This document shows, one piece after another, positions 1-11,312 of a stretch of DNA of 64,000 nucleotides. The stretch is from Amphiscolops sp. MND2022 (taxonomy: Eukaryota), in assembly GCA_964187785.1 (NCBI GenBank), contig OZ076409.1, positions 76,014,001 to 76,078,000 on the forward strand, given 5' to 3'. The notes under the pieces were generated by a model. That model worked only from the letters and a program-made list of their open reading frames with translations, had not been told where the DNA came from and searched no databases. The stretch's first letter is position 1. Each line of letters starts with the position of its first letter. The translations under genes and the position numbers were made by a program.

Positions 1-424
1 CGTAGCAACGGGCATGATTTTGCGTAAACGATAGAGACAGCCGAACGTACCGGTTCTTGCGTTCGATCCTTGGGAATTTCTTTCCGCCTTGCAATCAAAG
101 TTTTTTACAGTTCCAATTAGAATATAAGGATATTTTGAGTTTTCAAGTTTGTACTGTAACGAAACTACAGTCAAACTCTTCAATATTACGCTCTCATACG
201 ATTTCTTTTCATGAACAAAAAAATTAGATATTACAGCTTATTTCAAAAAACAATAGTGCTCCGTCCTTGTTTCCAGGAAAGGTCTTTTAAAGCGAAACTG
301 CAAACTGCTCCTAATTTTTTTATGTCAAGGCGATAACAAGGGCCACTCCCACTACCATGTGAACAATTTTGACTCCTGCAAATCAGGTACTTCGTGGGCA
401 CGTACCAAAAACACTTTTTTGGAA

Positions 425-1013
425 ATGAGTTTCCGAAAAGCACATGTAATACTTGTATATCTCTGCGAGAATGTCACCAAGGACACTTCTGAATTGCGTA
501 AGCTCTCACGCATGCCGAAAACTACATTTTATAGGAATTTGGAGGAAATTACTCAATATGGGACAACAGAATGAAAACTTGGAAGTGGACTACCCCAAGC
601 TCTGACTCCAGACGACAAGAGATCAGTTTGAAAAAAGATCTTCGATCGCCAACATAACTTGTGAGTTTCGGGAAGCAAGGGATGTTCAAGTTTCGATGCC
701 CACCGTCTACCGAACTTTGAAGAAAGCAGGGATTTCCAAGAAAAAAAAGCACGGAAAATTCTATTGTTGACAGATGCCCAGAAACAGAAACTTTTTCCCC
801 TGTCAAACTCGACAATTTTTTCGCAAATGTGTTTACCACCGACGAGTCATTTTTCCAACTTTATAGAAACAAATATTTGCACTGGTCCAAAGGTCAGAAG
901 CCTGTGAAACCTGCACCCAAAATTGCCCCAAAATCACGGTGTGGGGTGCTTTCGGCTATTGTGGATTTTATTTTGAAATTTGTGACCGAGGGACAATTAA
1001 CAGCCAACGATAT
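425..1013 (+). pseudogene. Tc1/mariner (IS630-Tc1-mariner) transposase remnant, frameshifted and truncated by the LTR insertion
   Basis: An HTH-like N-terminus (ELRKLSRMPKTTFYRNL) is followed by GSGLPQAL (GRPR-like), the first catalytic Asp motif VFTTDESFFQL and, after a frameshift, KITVWGAFGYCG. It has stops and frameshifts, and ends at the TG of the LTR at 1014. Confidence 0.7.
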
Positions 1014-3262
1014 TGTCTAACCCAACTCTGTGGGCCGGCTTTGAAGAACTTTGCGATGACGAAGGTAAGTTATTTTCGTCACTTTTACTAATAACTGCCA
1101 TTAATAAGTTCTTCAGTTGACTAAACTCGCTTTGTAGCTCATTTATCTTCTTCTCATAGTTCTCCCTTATTTCAGACAACTGGGACGAGATATCTGAAGC
1201 TTCGTTGTTGTCAGAGTCATTGGCGGACGACTGAGCCATGTCTGGATCTATTGGAGAGGATGTTCCTGACGAGGAATTAATAACTCTACCGCTTCTAAGT
1301 TCTGTGCCTTGATCTGGATTCATGTAATCGAGAGAAAAGAATTATGAGTGGAGACTGGATTATCTGAGATGCTGTTTCGATGTATTTTACTGATTTAAGT
1401 GGTTATTCGATCTCAAAATTCACAAATCTGAACTGAGATGTTTTTTAGAAAGAAGTCGTACAAACAAGTAAGCAGTTAGGTAAGGATAAGGAAAATTAGT
1501 AAGGTACTCAGGAGAAGTTCATCCAATTTTCATCGCAGTCGTAGATGTACCACGTAAATTACTCAGTTTAAGTTCTTTAATTTCTGAAGATGAAATAGAG
1601 ATGTGTTTTCTGACTTTCGCGTGTAAAAATATCCAACTGGTCGGTAGCTTGTCGCAATTCGGGCTGAGTAATATTTAATGGCGGGCCTAATTACAGCAGT
1701 TCACGTGTCTTTTCGGTTGGTAAGACGCTAAATCTCTTACCAACCTTCTCTCATTGGCTGTTGCCAGCTGGTGTTAAAATGGTAAGTCACGTGACCGGTG
1801 TTGTGAACTGCCGCAAAGTGGCCACGCTTCATGGTACATCTACATATGTTAATGGTGTTTAGTCATCGATTTACAATGTCGCAATTGCCTGCACGTAGCA
1901 TCATGGTTTCTATAACAACTAAAATGAACTCAAATCATTCGATAATGCACTAATTTCAAGTCAATTTAAAGTAAAACACAATTTGGGATGGGAAAACGAT
2001 GTTTTCCGCTGATTCTAGCGCCAAAATCAATGATTTAAAACTCGAAGATGGAAATGCGATGAACTTGTAAGAATATTTGCTGATTTCCAAGTTTAGTTTA
2101 GCTCTGGATGAAAATGCGATGAATGGTAGTCTTTCTCGCTCGGAAATCAACACAATTCAAACTGACGATGATAAAAGGATGAACTCCACGTATAATTTGC
2201 CAATTTCCAGCACAGATTAAACTGACGATGAATTCGGGATGAATTCAGTCGATAAATGCTAATTTTAGCACCAGTGAATTTTTGGCGATGGGTTTAGGAT
2301 GAACTTGTCAGTTAAAACAGCAACTACCAAAGCAATACAAATTGGCGATGAGTTTAGGATGAACTCACCAGTTAAAACACCGAATACTAAGGCAATTCAA
2401 TTTAGCGATGAGTTTAGGATGAACTCATCCGCTAAGATGGTCTTTTTTCAGCACAAACGAAATCAAGATGAATTAAGGATGGGTTTACTAAACAAATCAG
2501 ATAACTAGCACTTTCACTCTTTTTTAGGATGGATTAAGGATGTACTTTCTCATTTCCCTTCTATGCTAGTGAATACGAAGGATAAAGGATGAGTTAATGT
2601 TCTTTAGAAATGAGAAGCACATTCAGGAGTTTCTAAATGAGATATCGCGATGAATTAAAGATGAGTTTTACTAAAAAAAGTCCCATAAAATCCGCTGATG
2701 GATTTATGATGAAAATCAGTTTAAAGTCCCATGCTTTGTTCACTCGCAATTTTTGAGGATGGGATTGCGATGAACTTTGGTTAAAAGCACCGTTGAATCC
2801 GCTGGTGGATCCAATTGAAATTTCTGATCAGGTCAAAATCGTCATCAAATTCGACGATGAATTTGTGATGAATTTAATGGAATTTGTCACAACTACATAC
2901 TCTGAGGCGGGGAGTTAGTAGAAGTTATATTTTCCATTACTTCCAATATTTCTCGGTCCAGTCTGACCGGAAAACTTCTCTCCCTTGTCGTAACAAACCA
3001 ATATTGATGAAATATAGCACTTTCAAGGCCATATTCTGGCAAGATCATTTATGCGGACACCGGAACTAGAGCGCTCAGTATTAAGTAAATACATATAACT
3101 CACACTCAAAGGGGGAAGGTATTAAAGTACAAGTAACGTAGGGTTGCTCACAACCATGGCCCTTATTATATGACATCATATTGCCCATATCTAAGTACAT
3201 AAGACATAATATTTACATTACAGATTTTTAGTAGATTACATTTCCATCATGCTGGCATGACA
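1014..3262 (-). repeat. 3' LTR (inner boundary tentative, ~2.25 kb)
   Basis: Outer end TGTCTAAC at 1014 is fixed by identity with 17417. The inner end is inferred from ...CATGACA at 3262 (TGTC...GACA termini); only a weak purine tract (GGGAG on the minus strand) is adjacent. Confidence 0.55.
1987..2871 (+). repeat. ~60-bp-period degenerate array of GATG-N7-GATG motifs in the LTR
   Basis: Pairs start at 1987, 2047, 2107, 2167, 2227, 2287, 2347, 2407 and 2467 (exact 60-bp spacing), then at ~2528, 2649, 2697, 2758 and 2857. Confidence 0.85.
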
Positions 3263-4433
3263 CTCCCGGGTGGGATTTGGATTGAGAGTGCAGGTGCCAA
3301 ATGTGCAGAGGATGGTTGTCTCGGCGTTGGCTTCGACTGCTTCCTTCGTTTGGTTGGGGAGAAAATGGCCTTCGTTAGTTCTGAATTGTCATGTCCTTCG
3401 CTTGTTCCGTCCTATGCAAATCTTCTCTGAGAAGAGGACTTTCGGCAATCGTCATGTCTGGTTTCATTCTGGGTGATTTCGGTTAAATTTTCTCGACGCG
3501 GCAACTCTAGTTCTTGGTCCATCGAATGTCCGCTGATCTGCATTTTATTGGTTGTCATGCTTTTGATGGGAGTTTCGGCTGGTTATTTTCGGTAGAAGCT
3601 GATTTCTCGGAGAAAAGTTTCCCTCCAAAACGCCTACACTGAATAAACAATTCGACTAGCTTCATTGACAAATTGGCAGCGAGTCGGAGATGAATGAACG
3701 ATGAATTGTTTACACAGCGAGGCAGCGATGTTGATTTAGCAGACGACTGGTGCCGTTGCTCTACTATCATCTTCCGCGATAAGAAAGAGATGAGTCGTCG
3801 TCATAGTAACCGTTGAAGCTACTTCCGCTGTCTGAAATCTCAGTGATGAGAAAGAGATGGCCTGTTGCCATAGCAATCACTGCTAATTCTGATTGGCTGA
3901 AAACTGAATTTTCTGAACTGAAAGAAATCCAACCGGTTGTCAACAAATATTCTCATCCTTGAATCATCTTCCGTCAAGTCGGTTTGAAAATCGCCACGAT
4001 TTCCTTTGCGCGTTTCCGCTCAACTTCATCGGTATTGATCTGAGACTGGCAGCTGTCATCAAAATCAAAGACTTGAAGCTTTTGTAGTCAAATTCTGGGG
4101 GGTGATTCATTTTCAGAGAAAATTGTCAAGTTGGTTGAACTAGGGAAAAAAGTGTAGGCAGTCATTGAAATCGGAGAGTTTTTCATCGATTTTCCATCTT
4201 CTGAATTTCAAGTATTTGGTTTGTCCTGGCATTCAAGCTGCATCCGCGCTCTTTGAAAATTTCCGCGAATTTGTATCTCGCAATCATGGTTGATCAGGCC
4301 ATTTAATTACTGATCAAATCCTTGTCCTCAGTTTCTTCGATTTCGTTCCTTTCCTCACTCTCTTCCGTTCCTTTTCAGATTGTTTTGCAAATTACATTTA
4401 TGTCTGACATCCATTTCGTTCATTCTCTTCCAG

Positions 4434-7400
4434 AGACCGAAGCTACAGAAAGTAAGTGTACCATTTTCTTTTCTTTCACAAACGGGTCAGGGGACAATTA
4501 GGTGCTGAAAACGCGTCTTGGCTTTTTAGCGGACTCGGTTCAATCTGTCGGCGTCGTCTCTGAGCTGACTACTTTGCAGACCGTGCCGCCTCAAGAAGTT
4601 CCCGAAGCTCAAGCAGCAGCTCCTGAACCCCAGTTTCAACTTGATCACCCGTTTGATCAGGCTCCCAATGTCCCGTATCTTCCACAGTGTAAGTTCTGTC
4701 CCTCCAGATCTTCAATTCAGTCCACAATCTCTTCATTTCTCATCTCTAGTTCCTTCAGACGTTGACTCTTTCCTTTTGATGTTTAGATCACTATCCTTGG
4801 CATGCCTCCCTCGGTAGCATCACCTTCGAGTGGTATAATAGCCACATGCGGGACATGCTACGAGATAGCATCCAGCAGTATAGTGAGTTGACTCCTTTTC
4901 ACATTTCCGACTGTACTAAGGTATCGTCCGGACACTCCGATGTAATTCCGATGTAAACATCTCATCTGCATGTAGTGCCCTTCACGGTCGATTACCTATA
5001 AAATTCATGTTTTAAGATGAATTTGGGATGCGTCATGGACATTCACCGTCCTTTCGTGGCTAATCCGTTTCCGAATTCCATTTTGAGGGTGAAATTTTGG
5101 TGACTTCGTTTCCTGTTTTCTTTCTTCGCGCGGCGTACGCGCACTCTCTTCATCATCTGTCGTCGTCTGATTTCTGTTTTTCTTCTTTCAGGTCCGACTC
5201 CGGAACTTAGCGTCTCTGGAACTTTGGAGGCTGACGTTGAGCAGTCTGACGTGCCATCAACCGACAGCACTGGTACCCTTCTAGAGGCAGTCGAGAATGT
5301 CCCTACTGGTGATCCTCTGTCCGCAGAGCCTGCTCCAGAAGGTGCTGTTCCCGGTCTGGTTCCTGTGTCTGCTGAGACGTCTCCCATGGGACCCATTGCG
5401 TCTCGCTTGCCAGGTTACCTAAACATCTTTAACTCTGTGAAGTATCTGATCGGTAACTTTTATTCATTCCTTTTTTCATTTCCACTTTCACCAGTGTTTT
5501 TCACGTCTTTCTTCTTTTCCATCTATTTTCCATCGTTTTTCTGTTTTTCATATGATTTTCTGCAGTTTTTTCATTTTCCATCACTTTCTCATCGTTAAAA
5601 GTCTTGAGTATAGCGTTTTTCTTTTCTGATCGTTTTTTAGAACTTTCCATCTCTTTTACGTCCTTAAAATTTTTCTTGCTCGGTCTTTAGCCATTTTTGT
5701 CGTTTTCTTTTTAGTTTACATCTCTTTTTCATCGTTAAGTTATTTTCGCTCTAAAATATCTCAATTTTGGTTCAAAGTTGTTCTATACATCTCTTTTTCA
5801 TCGTTCGAGGCTTTCGTCTTTTAAAGTTCCAATTTTCTGTCCTGGTGGCTTGTAAACACATCTCTTTTTCATTTTTTCGTTTTTTCCTCGTTTTTCGCTT
5901 ATATTTCCAATGAAAATATTATTTTACATCATGTTTTCATCACTCCGGGTGAGGTTTTTTCTTTTTCTTTTTTGAAATGGTCGGTTGATTTTCTATTTTT
6001 CGGTATTCTAGGATGTGTGGAGGATGGGGTTAACATTTTTCGTTGTTCTTTTGATATCAGGAAGGAAAATTCTCAAGTCAGCGTGGTTTGACCACGCTTA
6101 TTGTGGATTGGCGCTCGGTTTCCCGAAGGATCACCTGACGCGCGATTCGTACGCGAGATGTCTACTCTGCAGGCAAGATGTCAAGATCGGTAGCCGCGGT
6201 ATAACAACCTTCTTTGAACACTGCCGGGGAGTCAGACACCACCGGCTGGACTGTCTGACGCGATTGCGAAGGGGCCTACCGCTGCGCAGACGAGATGGGA
6301 CACTGATGTCCCAAGCCGAGGCAGACGTATGTGGTGCCGCATTAATTGGTGAGTCAGTGCCGTTGATTGAGACGTGTCCAGATGTGACTGTTCTGGAGGC
6401 ACTGCAGATCGAGGCGAGTGATGGTTCAGTGTGGGGCACAAGGCGAGTCGCAGAGGATGACGACCACACTGACAGTTTTCGGTTGTTCGTGTGTCTAGTG
6501 ATTGATGCGGTCTATCGGGACTGTAATTTTGCAAGTGTGCGACATCTTTGGCACCTGATGGTTGCCTCCAATTCGCAGCATGCTATCATGTTTGGGGCGA
6601 CTTGTCGAGAATCCGACGTTCTGGTTATTATGAATCTTTTCCGGATGCATGAAATAATTACATGTTGCATGTATTGTTATTTGTATGGTACATGTGAAAC
6701 ACGAGTAATTGGTTCGTGGTCCGAAACAGAATACAGCAGTTTCGGTGTTACATTAGTGGCGGACAGAGTGGTGGGCACGCTGAATGTATGTACCTCGGAA
6801 GGGCCTGCGAACTATGTGGTCTTTTCATTTGTTTATGGACAAGAGTGGGAGCAGCGAGTGGTCTCGTGGGCTGTCAATATGTTGTGTTGCGCTGTGGGGC
6901 AGTTGGCACCTGTCGGCCTCAATTGTCGACTGTTGTCTGGGCTGGAAAGGGTGTTGGTCAGCCGCTCTGGACCAAGGACAGTCTCACTTGTGTCGTTAAA
7001 ACTTACCGAGCTAAACAAGCGTCTGGTGGATGCGAGCATTCGTGTGATGGGCGGGACAGATGTACATACGATATTGAACCATTTGCAATCAAGGCTAAAA
7101 GAATTCGTCCGGGACCCAATCTTTTTTGCTTGTCCAAAGCTCTTGCAGGTAACTATTTGCTATTTTTCGATTATTTTTCACTCATGTTGATGTGTCGATT
7201 TTTTGGGGGTGATGCTTTTCGCGGTTGTATCGTGTTTAATTTGGGAATTTTTTATTTTTATAAATTCTTGTTTGTTATAGTCCGTGTTAGACGGAGAGGT
7301 AACCCTCTGGGACGTACCGGACGTGTTGGCTGAGTTGTCCGAGAATTGGGCAGAGGTCTCGAATCTGTTGAGAGTGCCTAGTGGATCCGGCATCATTGAG

Positions 7401-8554
7401 TCTTTGGACTTTGTGCTGTGTGGGGATCGTGCTATCCCTTTCCGTTTGCAGGCCTTAGCTAGTGTCTTTCGTGCACGTATGTATGTTTTTTGTTTTCTTG
7501 GTCCATGTCGTTTCGTTATTCACAGTGTCTTAATTTAATAAAAGATATTTGGTTCGGGAATCAAGTAGAGAGCGTGTGACTTGACTATGGTTTTTTTTGC
7601 ATTAATTTTTGTTGTTTTCAGTCGTCGATTCGTATCGCTGGAGCTTCAGCAGTTGTCCATTGAGGAGTTTTCATTGGGCGTACGAGAGTGCGTGTTTTGT
7701 GCACGCAATCTTAGTCAAGGTGATAGACGACGATGACCTGCCTAGTGTGACTGAGGTGCGGGCTTGCTTGGAAGTGGACGTGGACAATTTGACTGTGTCA
7801 GATGCCAAGTTGCGAACCATGAGGGATGAATTTGGTCCCTACTTAGGGCAAGTTGCAGAAGCTGCCGTAATTGATGAACACTTGGCGACGGTGCAAAGCT
7901 TCATGTTTGTAGTGGTTGAAGACATTCTAGCTGCTTCCGGGATGAAAGAAGAAGTGACATATCATTTGAGTGTGGGTTGTCCTGCTCTTTTGTTGCGTGG
8001 TGAAATTGACGTGTTACGAAATGAAGCTGAACAATTTACTGGATTGCTCATGGATCTGGGGAGGATAGGACTCGCTGAGAAGAGACGAATGGATGGGAGT
8101 TTCGTCTCATTCGTGACCAACTTCAGGCAGAATGCAGTTGATATGTCCGTAGGCAGTGCAAGTTCAGCAGTGGACATTTTGCGGGCATGTGAGAGTTCAT
8201 CGTGTCAACGCTTCTTCCGTTTCTTGATGCGTCTGGGTGAGACTCCTGTATTCCCAGCAGGTATCAGTTGCGTCAGCGTGGGAGGGTTGAGCAGTGGTGT
8301 CACGACAAGTGTTTGCTCAAGTATTCTAAGTTATTTGAGAAACGCATTCCATCAGAGAGTTCGAAACTGTGAGTGGGCCGTTACTTGAGGAGGTTACGGA
8401 GTCAATTGGTCATTTCACAGCTTTAGCCGATTTGACAGAAGAGATGCTGTGGGATGATGTAGGAGTGGTCGCGGATGAAGAATACCGTCAGTCGTTGTAC
8501 GATGCGATCGGATTTACAGCTGCTGGAGAGCGCGCAGCTAGCCCTGAGGTTTAG
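4434..8554 (+). CDS. Spliced antisense gene inside the retrotransposon: ~900-aa protein with a BED/hAT-type C2H2 zinc finger
   Basis: Phase-compatible GT-AG exons: 4434-4451 (tentative), 4502-4688, 4787-4882, 5192-5413 (or 5452), 6061-7148, 7281-7476, 7622-8554. One frameshift near 8350. Motif AWF...ARCLLCRQDVKIGSRGITTFFEHCRGVRH. Start codon not located. Confidence 0.65.
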
Positions 8555-8817
8555 AATTGACTTTCTGTTCATTATTATTTTTTGAAACTGTTTGTATCTT
8601 TCATGTTATTTTATATTACTGTATGTTATAGTATTGTATCTAGCAAATGGGTGACCAATTGAACGAATTTACAGGGGGGGGGAGAACAACAGATGCTACG
8701 TCGGAAAGTTCGGTAGCGTAGATATATACATATTTAGTATTTGGCACCCGAAATTTGTTTTTCTCTTGAGACATTTTTAGGTGAGGATAGGGATAGGTTA
8801 GATTTGCGGATAGTTTT

Positions 8818-9197
8818 CATCGCTTTCTCATCGCTTTTTATTTTCGCGCGTTTTAGATAACTTTTATTACGGTGTTCATCGTTATTACATCTCGTGTAGG
8901 TGTGGCTAATTCATCAGTGTTTCATTTTGATGTCTCATCTCATTTTCATCTTGTTTTCCTCAGTCGACCGAGCGACGTCGCGAAAACTGTTTTCTCATCT
9001 TTTTTACATCTTTCGTTGTGTGGAAATCATTGCATTTTGTTTCATGTGTTTTTCTGCAAAGTTCATCGTTTTTTCATCTTGCGTTTTCATTTTATCATTT
9101 TGGCGAGTTATTTGCTGTAGTTCATCGTTTTTGCATCGCAAGTTTTGACTTGTCGAATTTTTGCTCATTTTGCTGCATAGTTCATCTTCTTTTCATC
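8818..9197 (+). repeat. Cluster of CATC-N7-CATC motifs at ~60-bp spacing
   Basis: Pairs at 8818, 8877, 8936, 8996, 9064, 9123 and 9183. Confidence 0.85.
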
Positions 9198-10588
9198 GTA
9201 ATTTTGGAAAATATTTATCTTGCGTGTTTTTCGTGTTTATTTTACTATAACGTAATCGAGAGTTGCATTTTTCATGGTAGATGAGGGTATTTTATCAATT
9301 TTGCGGTAATTTGGGAGTGTTTTCTTCATGTATTTTAGTGTCATATGGTGTTGATCGTTTGTTAGGTTGTCGAAAATGCATGAAATTTAGTGTACATGTG
9401 TTATACTCATTTTCGTTGCGTTTCGGATTTGTCATAGTTTGAACATTATTGCATGAATCATTTTTCGGACTCTTGTGACTGCCGCTTGCGTGGTAGTCGA
9501 AGAGATGTTCACTCAGCAATGGTATTGGAACCCCGTAGGCGTGCAAGGTACTTGAGGTACCAATCCAAAGCTGGGTGAGTGGAGCTGCTCCGCTCCTCTC
9601 AGATGAATGAAATCTCTCAGTTTTGAGCTATATATAGTCTTCATGTTATTTTTTTACGGTCGGTTGTTTGTCATCAGACGTCGAAATGGGTTTGTCCATT
9701 TGAAATTTAATCTGATCAATCAAGGTGATTGACATCTACGGCTTTGCATGTTTCGAATTATTAAGTTTTGTGATATTGTGTGGTTTCATGTTTGCGTGTT
9801 TTCATAATGTATTCCTTTAAATGGGTTGCCCCATTATCGACATGTTGTTATATGTTCGGTGTTTCAAGTATTTTAATTTGGTGTTTTTATTTTCGTTCAT
9901 TTGGACAGGGCTTTGTCGTCACAAAGCCCCTACAAAACTAACTGAGAATCCACTAGCCGCTGGATAACCAACGCAGCAAGCTTCATCCGAATATGGTTGT
10001 GAGCTCCCCGCCTCAACTAACCAGCACTTTTTTCAGAGAAATGCCAGCCAGCACGAAGGAATGTTTTTGGCTTTTCGATAGGGGTATCTTGCTTGTTATG
10101 AACTGATGTTTACTGGGGGTGCTCACTCCTTTATTCGTTTTGTGGGTGTTTCGTCAGTTCTTATATTTTGCATGTAAGTTATTAGGCTTCAGGTATTTTC
10201 GATTGTTTGTTTCATTTTTATTCGTCTAGGTTTGGATGGTTTTGGTGTGAATTGCATATATTATCTCGTTCATTTTTAAACGGTACATGTATTTTTCCGT
10301 GTGTTGCTCATTTGTATTGCATGTAGTTTGGAATTGTCAATTTCTTTCGTGACGTCATTGATTTGGCAGGTCTTTGAACCTTACATGTATTGTTCATTTT
10401 CGTTTTTGTGAGGCATAATTCTATTTGCGTGATTCGAAATAAGGTCGGCGGTTTTTTATCGTTTCGTGGAGTTACATGTTGTTTGAGAATTAGCTGATTT
10501 ATTGTGATTTTATGTGGATGGTGTTTCTCATCACAAGGAGGTTATCGTAAGTCATTTAATATTTTCGTATTTCCATTTAGACTAAATT

Positions 10589-11312
10589 CATCGTTTTGAC
10601 ATCCTCCAGCGAAGCTAGAGTATTGTGTCAGGCTAACGATAAATTCGGTCACGATTTGATGGTAGTGTCCATCACAAATTCATCTCGTTAATTGATTTCA
10701 TGTAAATTCTGAATAATTGAATCGAGTTCATCGCTATTTCATCCTCTAGCCGAGCTAGAGTATTATGATAGCATGAACGTGAGTGCGCTCGCATTCTGAT
10801 GGCATTTTCCATCTCAAATGCATCGCTAGTAAATATAGCATGTTGATTGGTCGAAATTTTGACTAAGTTCATCACTTTTTCATCTCTCGTGTGTCTGAGA
10901 TAAATTTTCATGTGATTTCATCCTTTTTTCATCTCAAATTTTTATGTGTTGTTTTTTCTGGTTTTTTGGTCGTTTTTCATCCGTTTTACATCGTGTTTTG
11001 TTTTTATGCGTTTTTCATGTGATTTTTAGTAACTTTTCATCCATTTTACATCTTTTTTTCTTTTTAAATTGAAATTGCATGTAATTGACTCGTTTTTGCG
11101 AATTGTTCATCTTTAACACATCGTGTGTTTTGAAATGTTGTTTTACTTGGCTAACTCGTTACGTTTACTTTGTTGGTCTTTCTCAGAGAGTTTCTGGCTG
11201 ATGTAATCTCATGAATAAGGAAGTCAGGATATTTTTTCGGTGTAGGGTTCTCGCGTAACCTGTACCTACTCTGGTTGTTTCTAGACGGTCTAGAACTCAT
11301 CCTTTCCTCATC
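10589..11312 (+). repeat. Cluster of CATC-N7-CATC motifs at and downstream of the pol 3' end
   Basis: Pairs at approximately 10589, 10729, 10810, 10870, 10919, 10978, 11038, 11108 and 11298. Confidence 0.8.

Noticed and set aside
140..180. TA-CAGT possible Tc1/pogo terminal inverted repeat
   Set aside because: No partner TIR is visible in the window, so it cannot be tied to the transposase remnant.
6716..7333. 205-aa overlapping ORF and other alternate-frame ORFs over the antisense gene and pol
   Set aside because: Shadow frames of better-supported coding regions with no motifs.
8673..8684. G-rich tract as a polypurine tract
   Set aside because: It is on the wrong strand for the minus-strand element and no LTR follows it.
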